A DNA stretch of 64,000 nucleotides from the human T2T-CHM13v2.0 reference genome, Homo sapiens, in NCBI RefSeq assembly GCF_009914755.1, contig NC_060934.1; one strand, 5' to 3'. Made by a program: the position numbers and the translations under genes. The notes below the pieces were generated by a model. That model was not told the origin of the DNA and searched no databases. It saw only the letters and a list, made by a program, of their open reading frames with translations. How positions within the stretch are numbered: position 1 is the stretch's first letter; each line of letters begins with the position of its first letter. This document shows, piece by piece, positions 1 through 12,871 of this stretch.

Positions 1-339
1 ATCTGGGATCCCACACTGGATTTAATTGTTGGGTCTTCTTAGTAGCTATCCTCCAATCTGTGACAGTACCTCAGTCTTTCTTTCATTGTCTTATAAAACA
101 TTTTTAATGAAAAGAGAAGATGCTTAATATATATGTAGAGGAAAAAAAACCAATGCCATTTTATCTCTTTTTTTATATTTATGTATTTATTTATTACCTC
201 CATTCTCTCAGAGTGGGATATTTTATCTTTTAAAATGCTTAAGAACCTGAATAAAAATCTTTATTTTTCTTTAAAAAGTTACAAAAGTATTATAAAAAAT
301 TAAATGGTGTAGAAAACATAAAGAAGTAGCAACCCAGTA

Positions 340-900
340 GTATCTCCCAGAGATAACTACCATTAACAATTTGTTGTGTATCCTTTTATTTATTTATTTT
401 TGCCTAGAATTTATATGTATATTATGAGATCATAATGGGCATACTGTCCTGTAACTTGTGTTTTTCATTCAATTGTATATTACGTTCACTTAACATTTTT
501 CAATGTCAATATATATAGATCTGTTTCACTGTTTTAAATAGCTACTCAGTATTTCATAATATGGCTGTATTATTTCATGAAGCCATTCTCTTATTGATGG
601 ACCTTTAGGTTATTTCAGTTTTCATACTTATACAAGATGCTGCAGTAAATATCCTTATATATGTATCTTTAGCTACCAGGGCAGTAATTTCTATGAGGTG
701 AAATTGCTGGGTCAGAGACCATATCCATTTTCTACTTTTGCAGTTATTACCAAATTTCCCTCCAAAAGACTGTATCAACTTATCCTCCCTCCAACAGTGA
801 GTGACATGCTTATTTCCCAACAAAGCTGTGGATGGAAGTATTGTAATTGACAATGGTTTGGTCCAGGTATGGTCTTGTGGGTGCTTAACTATACATTGCT
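340..900 (-). mobile_element. Old L1 (L1M/L1ME-type) 3'-end fragment
   Basis: Degenerate antisense L1 3' motifs (ccattctcttattgatggac..ttaggttattt, aaattgctgggtcagag); boundaries approximate. Confidence 0.6.
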
Positions 901-2615
901 CGCTCTCTTTTTTCCTACAAATCATTGCTTTGCTTTTGTAACACACATATGTAGATAAAATACTTAATGAAAATATTGAATGCTTTTAAATCCTTTGTCT
1001 TTGAGATCTTTTAATGCAGCATGTGATAAAGACAAAAGCATGGCCATGAAGAGTTCTTGGCAGGAAGCCTGGGGGGCTTATGAAATCGTTATTGGGAGGC
1101 TATTTATAGGGTGCATCTTAGATTTCTAGGTAGTGGTGGAATAGGAAGAAATATTCAAGAAGTGGGAATCTGGGGTATATAAATTGTTCTCAAGAGGGAC
1201 TTCTATTAGAGTGAGGAATGTGGAGTTAAGTCCTGGCTCTTCAGAGGTTCCTATGGTCTTGAGCAAGTTGTCTAATTCAGTGTTAATTCTTACTTGGTGA
1301 GTAGGGGAGAAGGGCAAGGGAAGAGAGTACTAATCCTAACATATCCGTTTGGAATAACATAAAAATCCTTAAATTATCTTTAATACCCCATATGTAGTAG
1401 TGGTGCTAAAAGCAGATAACTAAGAATGTCAGTTATAGCAGAGAAAGCATAGATCAGGTAGTAAGGCAGTTCCAGAAAAACTTAGAGTAATCTAAATCAA
1501 AAGAAAGAATTCAACAAATAAAAGTGATCCTTGATTTTGTCTGTCATCTAAAAGTACACTGGCTGCTGCACAGACTAAGCAAAAAAAGTGGGGTTTTTGT
1601 TTGTCTAGTTGTAGTTTCTATTTGTTTTATATTTTCACCTCATTAACACATCTCAAAATTTTCCAAAATATCTTCATTTTTCTTTTTTCAAATTTAAAGT
1701 CTGTATTTTTGTGGACCAGAGTGGGAATGTGTTGTACCTTTTGTTTTCTGTAGGTCATTCTATCTGCACATACGCATCCTAGTTTCAGTTACGTATTTCT
1801 GAAAAAATAACAGGACGTATTTCCAGACACATGGATTGACAAAGGGATAGAACATTAGGAATCTAGACCCTCCTAAAAAGTGTAGGTTATGTAAGTCTCC
1901 TCCCCAAAGCATTACTGTAATTATTTGTGACAAATAATGATCCATGTGAATATTAAGGATGTTTGATATACTATCAGCTGCCTCTTTCCTATGTGGATGA
2001 GCTGTAATAAAGTGACAGCTTAAGAACTCGGCCTTTTCAGGTGTGTGTTAGATTTTCTCTCTCTTCCTTAGCCCTAACTTCTAACAGAGGAGGTAGAATT
2101 AGTGCATCAAAAATAATAATAATAACAAGATAACCTTTGTTTTTATATATAATATAATATTTTAAAGGGTTTTGAAGAACAGCCTGACATGTGAAATTTG
2201 AATATGGTTCAAGGCTGTTCCAACTAAAATAAGGTTTTCATTTTTCTTGTTAATAAAGAAAATCAGTATGTATTTGTGCATATGTATGATTTATTCACAT
2301 ACACATTATCTCTGTAAAATATGTACATGCAAGTCATTAACAATTTTTTAAAACTACAGAGACTATCATTTTCTGATTAACTAGTTTGCTAGTTAAAATG
2401 AGGGCAAAGAAGTCCCATTTACACTAATGTTTAGAAAATTCAACATGATGAATAATTACAGAGGCAATCTCCTAAAAGCCCAAATTAGAAAACTGTTACA
2501 AGGCACAGCCCTTCTAAAATGGGGCTGTGATTTGGGAACTGTTCCTCCCTCAGTCATTTAAACTATTTTAATAATTGTATTCTGCTGCTAGAGAATTGGA
2601 AGGCTGTCAGTTCCC

Positions 2616-2800
2616 TTTATTTGAATGCTTACTATGTGCCAGAGACTGTGCTGTACACTTGACATGTATCATTTCACTTGGTTGTCATAGAAACTGTGGA
2701 TGGAGGTAGTGCCACTTGAAAACTGAGCTTTGGAGAGAGAAAAAAAGATTTTTCCCAAGATCATGTGGGAAGTGAGTGGTGGCACCCAGACTTGAACTTC
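2616..2800 (-). mobile_element. MIR SINE fragment
   Basis: ttgaatgcttactatgtgccagagactgtgct...gaaaactgagc matches the antisense MIR core and tail. Confidence 0.65.
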
Positions 2801-2862
2801 AAAGCCTTGCTGCTTTTACCCAGCATAGTTAAGTCAAAGTCTGAAATCTGTTTCCTTATTGC

Positions 2863-3032
2863 TTTTTCTTTTTCTTTTTTTTTTTAAATGCGGTCTTGCT
2901 CTGTCACCCAGGCTGGAGTGCAGAGGCCCAATCATAGTTTACTGCAGCCTCGAACTCCTGGGTTCAGGCAACCCTCCTGCCTCAGCCTCCCAAGTAATTG
3001 GAATTACAGGCATGAATCAGCCTGCTCGGTCC
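2863..3032 (-). mobile_element. Alu monomer (FRAM/FAM-like)
   Basis: Poly-T followed by tcttgctctgtcacccaggctggagtgcag...ggaattacaggcatg; single arm only. Confidence 0.85.
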
Positions 3033-3749
3033 GTTATTGCTTAACTGTAACATGGACCAAAGAAGCAGCTAACCCTGTTAGTTAATTCTTACTAGGAAGA
3101 GAAACCGCACCAGCTATTTAAAAAAAAAAAAAAAAAAAAGCAAAACAAAAATGAAAATACCAAGGTATACTGGAAAATAACATTGAGCTTAGAAGGAGAC
3201 CTGAGTTTGTACCTGGCTCAGTCACCCAGCTCATTTATCACTTTCTTAGGAAGGCCTTTCCCTGTCACACCCTCCTTCTTGTTTGTCTCTATTAGAGCAC
3301 TGAACTCATTGCCATAATTACCTTATTGCAGTGATTCTAAGGTGGACATCTTTCACATTTTAACTTTTCTAAAGTGTGGATGCATTTTACAATTGATGGT
3401 GTTTTAAAATAAATTGGCAGCATTTTTTCTTAATTATTGGTACTTAAAATAAGGATGTGCTGTACAGTTGATGACATCTTAGATTTGATTAAGTGCATAT
3501 TTATTTTTGTGTGTTCCCACAAAAATGTTTACATCATTCTCATGGTTTTAAATATCAGATATATGCAATGATTTTCCAATTTCTATCCTTTTTTAAGGTC
3601 CACCCCTGTATGTTGAACCACATTGTTTCTTCATATCACAAGGATTACAGATTCAACATATCTACTCTCCAAATCAGTTTGTCTTCTATTGTTCTCTATC
3701 TCAGTGAATGGCATCCACATTCGTACATTTGTGGAACTAAAACATGAGA

Positions 3750-3910
3750 TGATCGCCCACCTGGGTTTGAATCCCAGTTCCGCCCTATAGTAGTTACTCA
3801 AGCATGCAGTGAAGTATGTCACCTTAACTATTCACTTGTAAAATGGGGAACATAATAACACCTATCTCTGAGGATTGTTAGAATGACTAAGACATTGAAT
3901 AAATGTTAGC
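3750..3910 (+). mobile_element. MIR SINE within L2-like sequence
   Basis: ctgggtttgaatcccag...tgtaaaatgggga..ataata..cctatct...ggattgtt. Confidence 0.6.
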
Positions 3911-4745
3911 TGTCCCTAATCTTCATCATACATATCTATGACTTCTCTCCTTCCTCTGCACATGTAATTCATCAACTCCTGTGATAGATAGGCCCTTCAG
4001 AGTATCTCACATCTACCACTTCTATCTTGTTGCCACTTCTCCAATCTAAGCCCCCATTTTTCTTGCCTATGCAGCAACTAATATTGTAGCTTCTCCTCTT
4101 TCCCATGTCTAATCCAGTCACAACCATCCATTAAATCAGAACATGCCACTTCTTAAGACCTCCCTCACCCCCTACCTAATGCATTTGGTATAAAACACCA
4201 CATCATTAATGTGGTCTGTATGGTTGTCTGTTTCCTGCCTGGCTTCTGCCCACATTTCCAGCCTCATCCTCTGCCACTCTGCCTCCCAGTATCACTCTTT
4301 TCCTCCAAAAGTAACTCCTACTCATCCTTTAGATTTCAGCTTAAATGTCACTTCCTCAGAGATGATTATTGATCTTCCAAACTAAATTAAGTTCTTCAGT
4401 TATAGTCCTTTATATTGAATGTATGCCTTTCTTCTTTGGGATGATCAGTTTCTCCCAAACTGTGGCTAAAGAAGTGAAGTAACTTCCACAAGGCCAAAGA
4501 GTGAGATCTATTAGAACTGGAATTCTCTCTGTTAGAGGAAAAAAAAAAATCCAAAAAAGAGAAAAGAAGAAAAATGGAAAGAACTGGAATTACAACCCAG
4601 GGGCGGGGTGAACTCTAAAGCTGTGTCCTTTCTGTGATCTTTGCTGCCTTGAGGGCAGGAAACAGGGTATGAATCAATGTTCTAAGTTTCAAAACATGGC
4701 CTGACTGCTGCTCGTTTATTTCCCATTTCAAGTTGTCCTTAAATG

Positions 4746-5043
4746 AGCTGGGTGCAGTGGCTCATGCCTGTAATTCAATACTTTGGGAGGCCGAGGCAGG
4801 TGGATCACTTGAGCACAGGAGTTGGAGAACAACCTGTTCAACATGGCGAGACCCCATCTCTACAAATAAAATTAGCCGGGTGTGCTGGCACATGCCTGTA
4901 GTGCCAGCTACTCGGGGTAGGAGTGGGGGCCTGAGGTGGGAGGATCGCTTAGGCCCAGGAGGTTGAGGCTGCAGTGAGCTTTCGTGCCACTGCACTCCAT
5001 CCTGGGCGACAAAGTGAGATCCTGTCTCAAAAAAAAAAAAAAA
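4746..5043 (+). mobile_element. Alu (AluJ-like), full length
   Basis: Dimeric Alu with A-tail; imperfect TSD aagttgtcctt / aagttatcctg. Confidence 0.92.
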
Positions 5044-5444
5044 GTTATCCTGAAGTATTATTCTTTCTGAGCCTTCATGCTCCCTCAATAGATTGTAACC
5101 TGTTAAAATAGTACCTGTTTTCTGATATATTATCAACCTAGCATTTACATAAATTATCTTACATACAGTAGGTACTCATTAAATAGTTTTTCTCTTAGGG
5201 ATGTTAAAGAAAAACAGTATTTTTTTTCCATTTAATCTTTTCAAGGTCTGAAGCTGTCTCATGGAGGAATTGAGTACCTTATTCTTTCTACCAGTCAATG
5301 ACAGAGTACAATTTATGTTTTTATATTTTGAATAGAACTGCTTTAAATGTTTTTAAAGCTAATAGTTTGCATCTTAATGGATCATTACCCTTGTTTCATT
5401 GGGAAAAGAAGGAATTAACCTTACATATTTTTGATTTCCTTCAG

Positions 5445-5508
5445 GAATTGAGTGATCTACAGCGCGATCCACCTGCTCACTGTTCAGCTGGACCTGTGGG
5501 AGATGACT
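5445..5508 (+). CDS. UBE2D1: Ubiquitin-conjugating enzyme E2 D1 (UbcH5a), coding exon 2 (64 nt): [21 protein letters not shown]
   Basis: ttcag acceptor, GTAAGC donor; translation matches the UBE2D1 N-terminus; start-codon exon lies upstream of the window. Confidence 0.97.
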
Positions 5509-5601
5509 GTAAGCCTTGCTCTATTTCTGGGATTATGCTACCTTTAAAAATATAGGTTTGAACATTTGTTAATGACTCCAAAACTCCTTTGTTTGTTTCA
5601 G

Positions 5602-5633
5602 TGTTCCACTGGCAAGCCACTATTATGGGGCCT
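5602..5633 (+). CDS. UBE2D1: UBE2D1 exon 3 (32 nt): LFHWQATIMGP
   Basis: ttcag / GTAAGT splice sites, phase 1 to 0, 93-nt upstream intron. Confidence 0.97.
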
Positions 5634-7709
5634 GTAAGTATGATTCATATCTATGAAATTAACCCCCTCAGCCATACTTCATTCTTGCCATTTCACCTTT
5701 GATCAGATGTTTGTGATGAAGGTTGAATATTCTTGTACTTTGAATCACCTAGGAAGCAAAATATTATTAAGGATTTACAATGATTTTCCAAAGCATTGGT
5801 GGCAAATATTTCCTGGGATCACTATTATGTTTTCCTTTGCTGAATCCTAGATCATTACACATAATGGAGTGCCACAGCTCGCAACCAGGCTGTGTGTTTA
5901 TCTTTTTTTTTTTTTTTTTTAAGTCACAGAGAGTTAGTTGTAATTAACCATAATCATTCTCACATCCACAGTTTTGGTAGGTTAGAAATTAGTCTAATGA
6001 AGCCAATAATTGAATTCCTACAAGTAACAAGTGTCAGTTTGCCATAAGTTTCATCACTGTTCTTTTTTGTGAAAGAGAATCAATAAAATATTACAATGGG
6101 TCTGTCTTTACCTCCTTATAAATTTGCTGCTTTTAATTTTGTTGCATTGTCCTAAACACAAAATTATCTGCTGTTTGATAATTGGCTACTCTCAATACTT
6201 ATTACTTTTGTTAAAATTATTTCTTTCAATACTTTAGAGGCAGTTACAAGACTTGAAACAGGCTTTTTCTTTCTATGAGCAAAAAATCTGATTGCATAAG
6301 AATGAGCACTGACAGCTCAAATGTACTTTCTGGGTGAGAGTACATAAGTAACATGTTTCCATGAACACCATTCTCTTCTCCCTGCCCTGAAAGAGCTTTA
6401 TCTAGTGAGTTATAGAGTTTTTAATCATACGACCTTGTGTTTAACTTTAAAAAACACCAAAACTACTGAATTTCAAAGCAGTACTCTGGGCAGTTGTCTC
6501 AAATTATTGTTTTATTAAGTTTGTTTTTCTAAAAAGGCAAAATACAATGTATTTATATAACAACTTTCAATAAGAATCCATTTATTTCTGTTTGTTTTTA
6601 ATTAGTTACTAAGAACCTTCAAAATACTCTCATTTAAAGGCCCACCCTTACCTTTTGAATTATGGCCTTTCACAAATATTTTTTAGGTGAATCACATGTA
6701 ACAAATGGTTATAATCATGTTATTCATAACTCCCTTACTTTAGTAATGTAAATATTTACAGTACTCTGGACCATATCTGTCATTGTAATTTATCTTCATT
6801 TTCTATATTTCTTACAATTTTTGATAAACTAGAATTGTTTAAACAATATATATAGTAAGAATTATTATACAGGAAAATCCTCTAGCATATATGTGGAAAC
6901 TTAACGAGAAAGTAATGAGTCTTGGTGTTATTACCAGAATGCTAATATAACATGATATATTTAATTAAATATGAAAGAATTAAAATAGAATTGTAGGTAT
7001 AGTTTGCTAGCATTTTCTTTTTTTTAAATTTTTTTGCTTGTAATGTTATATTTTCTAATGGCTATAAAGAAACATGGTCAAATTTAAATTTCTCTAGTAA
7101 AGTTGATTCCCAATTTGATAGTAGCATGAATATATAATTTTGTTTTGGATTTTTTTGGGTTCTCTACATTATTTTATAAATAATTACTAAACGAAGATTT
7201 GGCACATAAATTGTGTAGCAGGGTCCTTAGCATTTTCTTTTCACGACAGCCTCTTCAGTTCATCTCCATTCTTGGTCATCAAGTGAACATCAGAACTTAA
7301 GTTTTACTATCCTCAACCCTTTTTCAAAAAAAATACTGATTACGGCTGCAGAAAATGATCTTTTCCCACAGCAGTCGTGTGTATACTGATCTTTAACAAT
7401 TTGTACTCATAACCAGATTTGTTTGGACAAGTCACAGCACTGTGTGTGTCCTGTTTTTGTTTTGTTTTAAATTTTATGATGTCGGCATAGTTGTTGGAAA
7501 ATCCTCCTTCGTACCTGCAGAGAAACCTGTTCTCAAAGTAAATGATTTGAACTTATGACAAAATGGTTGCATTTTTTTCATATTGGTAATATTTAATGAA
7601 ATTATTTTAAACATGATGGCATTTTTTTCAAACTGATAATATTTGGGGGAAATAATTTTGTTGTTATAAATAAATATAGTAATCAAATGCTGATGCAAAT
7701 CTTTTGTAA

Positions 7710-7808
<99 letters not shown>

Positions 7809-8877
7809 TGATTGATGTGACTCCCATGTAAGAGATTTTATTCTTTATCTAGAGCTCATTTGATTATCTAGAGCTCATTTGATATGTCAAAGACTGTGGG
7901 GAGGTTAGCATTTTCAAACTGTTTTGTAAAAACTACTGAATCTAAAATCTGATTTCTTATTGAAATACTGTATTAAGTCTATAAAACAAAAGTCAGTACG
8001 TGTCATGCTATAAATTAAATTCCTTGCTTTTCTTTTCCTTCTTATTGGATATGTGTAGTTTGGGACGTTTTTATGATTAAGAGTCAGACTTTTCTATTCA
8101 TGGGATTATCCTTACAAAGTTGATCATTCTTTCTCTGTTTTTTTTTTTTAAGTATTCAATAAACATTCACCGAGTACCTACTGTGTTCTTCTACACTGGG
8201 GAATCCGAAAGTAAATATGAAGCAGTCCCTTAATTTAGTATGGTAGGAGAGAGAAACACATGTTAGATTTAGATTTGCTCTAAAGAGGAAACAAATGATG
8301 GGGATATCAGGGAGGGGAAAAGTGGGCAGATTTTGTCACTCAGGATATAATTATTTTAAATAGTTAAAAACAGATTAACATTGTATTTATGAAATGGTAT
8401 GACAACTCTTGTGGAAAATTAGGATTCTTAATGGATTTCTTAGCTGAGACGCCTCAACTTTGCCCTGAAACAGCGTCAGCACCCTGGTTTTAGATCCAAA
8501 TGTTACTTCCAGGTATCACCAATAATCAAATTAAGAAAAGGATTACTTCTACATATGATGGAAGCCATGGTTAATTACTTTAGATGCTGCTCAACCAGTC
8601 ATACCGGCTACTAGAGACTTATTTATTACACTGTCCAAAATACTCTTCAGTTCCTTTGAGGGCAAAAGAAGGAAGCTGACTTGTTTGTGTTCACATTCTC
8701 ACTAGCTAGAACTGTGTGTAGCACAAAGTAGATAATTATTTGATTTGTGTTGATGACTTTTCTCCTCTAAAGTTATGTAAAGTTGAGGATATTTTACCCT
8801 AGAGCAAATTGGTTCTGTTTTATTCATAGTTGATTCAAAGGTGATTGTCATATTTTGTTGTTTTGTTTTATGTTTAG

Positions 8878-9003
<126 letters not shown>

Positions 9004-9295
9004 TGAAACAGTTGATAACAGTGAGACAGGAAAAATACAGCAGAATTACCTATGGACTAAAGTTTTAAAACAACAATCAACTGTGCTTTCTCCTGTTTTG
9101 ATTTTGTTTTGCTCTCTTTGCTCTTATGTTACTATGGCTTTTGGCAGTTAGCTTTGGTTGAGGGGAGTGTGGATGGACAAATCTAAATGATGAAATGAGA
9201 AAAAACCTTAAAATATCAGAGCTAGAAATTTGGGGATAAACCTATTGATATTTTATCCTTTTAGCTTGGGTGTTGTCTTTTAAAAAAGAGAGAGT

Positions 9296-9415
9296 GCCCG
9301 GGCACTGTGGCTCATGCCTGTTATTCTAACACTTTGGAAGGCTGAAGTGGAGGATTGCTTGAGCCCGAGTTCGAGACCGGCCTGGGCAACATAGGAGACC
9401 CCATCTCTGCAAAAG
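9296..9415 (+). mobile_element. Alu left monomer (FLAM-like)
   Basis: gggcactgtggctcatgcctg...gcctgggcaacataggagaccccatctct followed by an A-rich tail. Confidence 0.85.
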
Positions 9416-10732
9416 AAGAGAGAGAATAAGAGATAGTAAAAGGAAGATTTTGGGACTGGTTGTCCCATTCATTAAATGGAAATGTTGACAATAATAAAGC
9501 TTTACAGCTGTTTTACTTCATCCAAGAATAAAATACCAGATTTGATTGATAAATGATTTAAGATGAAAGACATTTCACACTGTAGGATAATGCAGTACAT
9601 ATAGCATGTTAGTCTAAACTTCGAATAATCAGTAGCATCATTATAGTGACTGACACAAGATCTGTGCTGATTCTCAACTTTTACAGGGGTATAGCTGTTC
9701 TTTGCTGGATTATCAGGTGTATACATAGGCATCTGAAGCCATTTTATTTCATTAGCCACTGCTACTTACTGTGCTAGCACTCTTAATTTATGTCTTGTTT
9801 CTCTGAAAGAAGAGAACCTGACAGTTGGAAAATACTGTTTAGGTTAGAAGTAGCTGCACTGAAGCAACCATCAAGTTTTCCGTTTTTATAAAATTGAAGA
9901 AAATGTTTCTCTTGAAGGGATTTATGGAAGCAATCTGTACTCATTTTTTATTTTTAATAATTGCTACTTGAATATACAGCATGTTTTTAAAAGTAATAAG
10001 GTTTATAGGAAGCAGGGTCCACAGCCGTAGCTCTTTCAAATATTAGATAAATAATAGCTCTTTCAGTTCAATTATTTATGAACGATAGTTTTTCTGACCT
10101 AAGATGCTCATCTACAGTATTCATATAGATTCTCATATTCTTTTAAGAATCTTTCACACAGTGTAACTGTCATGCATTAGATATATGAAAGATTCTGTGT
10201 TGAAGGGTAATTCAAGTTCATATGCTGTTTCCTGGAATGGTGTCACAAAATGGATCTCACTTGGCATATAAACTGCCAAGTCCTTATACATATAAAAGAA
10301 ATGGCAAACTGCCAGATATTGAGTACTTATATTCTGACATTGGTAGCCTTTTATAAAGAATCAGTAGTGTTAGATTCTGGAAACCATCCTGTGAGAAATG
10401 AAACAGCCTCAGTTTCCTTATAAGTAAAATGGGGATTCTTATAGTGTTACCATACAGGGTTGCTATGTACCTAGCACATAGTGGGCACTTACATGAATGT
10501 TAACTGTTACCCTTTTCCTTACCTTAAAGGATAGACATGGTTTGTGTGCATGATAGTGAAACTGGGGCAAATGGCTCCTGGCAGTAGGGGTGAGCAGAGG
10601 AGGAACTTCCTTCTTGCTTACTTTTTTATAAGATAGATCATACCTTGCTCATTTGTTTGTATATTTTTTACTTTGCTATATTTTTTTAAATTTTTAATTT
10701 GTTTATCTTAAAAGATTGTTTTTTAATTAAAT

Positions 10733-10986
10733 ATAGACAGAGTCTTGCTGTGTTGCCCAGGCTGGTCTCAAACTCCTGGCCTCAAGTGATCCTCCTGCCT
10801 TGGTCTCCCAAAGTGCTGGGATTATAGGTGTGAGCAACCTTGCCCAGCTTATTATTTTTATTTTTTTATTTTTTGAGATGCAGTTGCTGTGTTGCCCAAG
10901 CTGGTCTCGAACTCCTAAGCTCAAGGATTCTTCCACCTCAGCCTCCCAAGTAGCTGGCATTATAGGCACATACCACCATTGCCTGG
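10733..10986 (-). mobile_element. Two tandem antisense Alu monomers (FLAM-like), about 10733-10848 and 10860-10986
   Basis: Two repeats of tgttgcccaggctggtctc.aactcct...ctccca.agt.gctgg.attatagg. Confidence 0.85.
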
Positions 10987-11408
10987 AGCTTTTCCATATT
11001 TTAAATGTCTTCTTTTGCTTTTTATCATGAGGTTAGTCTGGAAGCATTCTGGGGCTGTAAGTTAGCCCTGAAAATCTGCCCTGTTGGTTTAATATACAAG
11101 GCTTTTAAGTTTCATTGGGCAGATAGAAGATAAGAAAGATGAATAAAATACTAATTTTTTCTTTAGTTCATAACACCCCCCCACCCTTTGCCTGTCATTG
11201 TAAGAGTCAACTCTGCTCTATAAATCCACCTTTGGACTTGAAAGAGTACGAAAATAGAAAGGAAACGCAGTGGGGTGGGTGCAAGTGGAAATGGGAGGTT
11301 GGTCCAGAGGTTCCATGAACCTCCTCAGAAGTGGTGGCATGCAATTGAAGCAGACAAATGAGGAACCAGAGTCCTTGTTCCCTCTTATTTCAGATACTTA
11401 GATCGTTA

Positions 11409-11428
11409 GTGTGTGTGTGTGTGTGTGT
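11409..11428. repeat. (GT)10 microsatellite
   Basis: Direct reading. Confidence 0.95.
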
Positions 11429-12009
11429 TAGTGTAGCTATTTGCATTAGAATTTTGACATACTGGAGTAACAACTACTTTTTCAATTTTCATTTCTTTTT
11501 TAAAATATGCAAGCTATATAAAGATAGCTGTTCACATTATTTTTAAATGCATGCAATACAAATAAACTGCATTAAGTAAAGATTCATTGAAAAAAATTTT
11601 ACAAATTTTTCTTCTTTGTAGACAGACTATAGCTCTAAGCCAAAGCAAAAGAGTGTATGAGCACAGTATCCAAAATGGTTTGGACTGTTAACTGTAATTT
11701 GATTGTTCTGTAGAGAACTCTCAAGTTTAAAGGTTGTTAATAGCTACTTTGGAGGCTCACATTTTTTTAAATAAATGGGAACTCGGAATTTAAAACTTCA
11801 AAAGCTAAAATAATTTTATATTTTATGCATCCTATGGTAATTTTATAACTTTAAAAATTAAAGATCAATTTGCTATCAACCAAAGTAGAATAAAATATAA
11901 TTTGATGTGTTCATTTTATGTTTTTTTTATAAGTACAGTATCTATATTCACTAAAATTATTTTCACATATGTAATTTGTATGAAGTAGAAGGGTTATTGT
12001 CTAATGTGA

Positions 12010-12123
<114 letters not shown>

Positions 12124-12825
12124 TAAGTGTTTACTTATTTTAGTTTCTGTATGGATACATTCCTATATAGTATGCCAAAACACGAATATTATCAATATGT
12201 TTTAAGTCAATTTGATTATGGTTGTTATATGTATATTGTTTATCTTTTTCCAATGGAGTAAACCTTTCTTTGAGAACTCTGTTAGACCTTTTATGATAAA
12301 TCTTGTTCCTTCCCACTTACTGTTCAATAGTATATACTCTGTATTTGAAAAATAGATGTATATATTCTAGGTGATAAATTAAAAATGAAAGAATTTAATC
12401 ATTGGAAAGTATTAAATATATATTGCTTATCTTCTCCAAGGAAGAGGAGTTCTCTCGTACCCATCCAAACTGACCTAATTCTCAAGCTGCTTCATCTTGC
12501 TAGTACTGTAGGTTCATTTGCAATTTGTAGATAATGCTCCTTCAGGATTGGCTTTTGTAAATTTCTGTTAGAAGCTGGTTTCTGCATTTTGATTTTTGTG
12601 TATTTGGATACATTTTCATATAGGTTGCAGAGAAATCCATGAGTTAAAAAATTATTTTTCCTGTTTTATTTCTGCATGAACCTAAGTCACATTGACCCAG
12701 TAATTGATATATGTGTGATTATTGCAATTAAGTATAAGAAGGTAGAATATATAGTTTTATTAGACAGATGCTTCTGAAATATTAATTTTGTATGTTTTTA
12801 CTATATCCTTTTTGTGTATCTACAG

Positions 12826-12871
12826 ATACAACAGACATGCAAGAGAATGGACTCAGAAATATGCAATGTAA
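12826..12871 (+). CDS. UBE2D1: UBE2D1 last coding exon: KYNRHAREWTQKYAM-stop (TAA 12869-12871)
   Basis: tacag acceptor; typical UBE2D C-terminus AREWTQKYAM. Confidence 0.97.

Noticed and set aside
5298-5555. 85-aa ORF containing UBE2D1 sequence as an alternative start
   Set aside because: Exon 2 read through into flanking intron; strong splice sites bound the homologous part, and there is no promoter-like context.
7335-7560. Possible intronic C/D-box snoRNA (atgat...ctga motifs)
   Set aside because: No complete RTGATGA box C paired with a terminal CTGA and closing stem.
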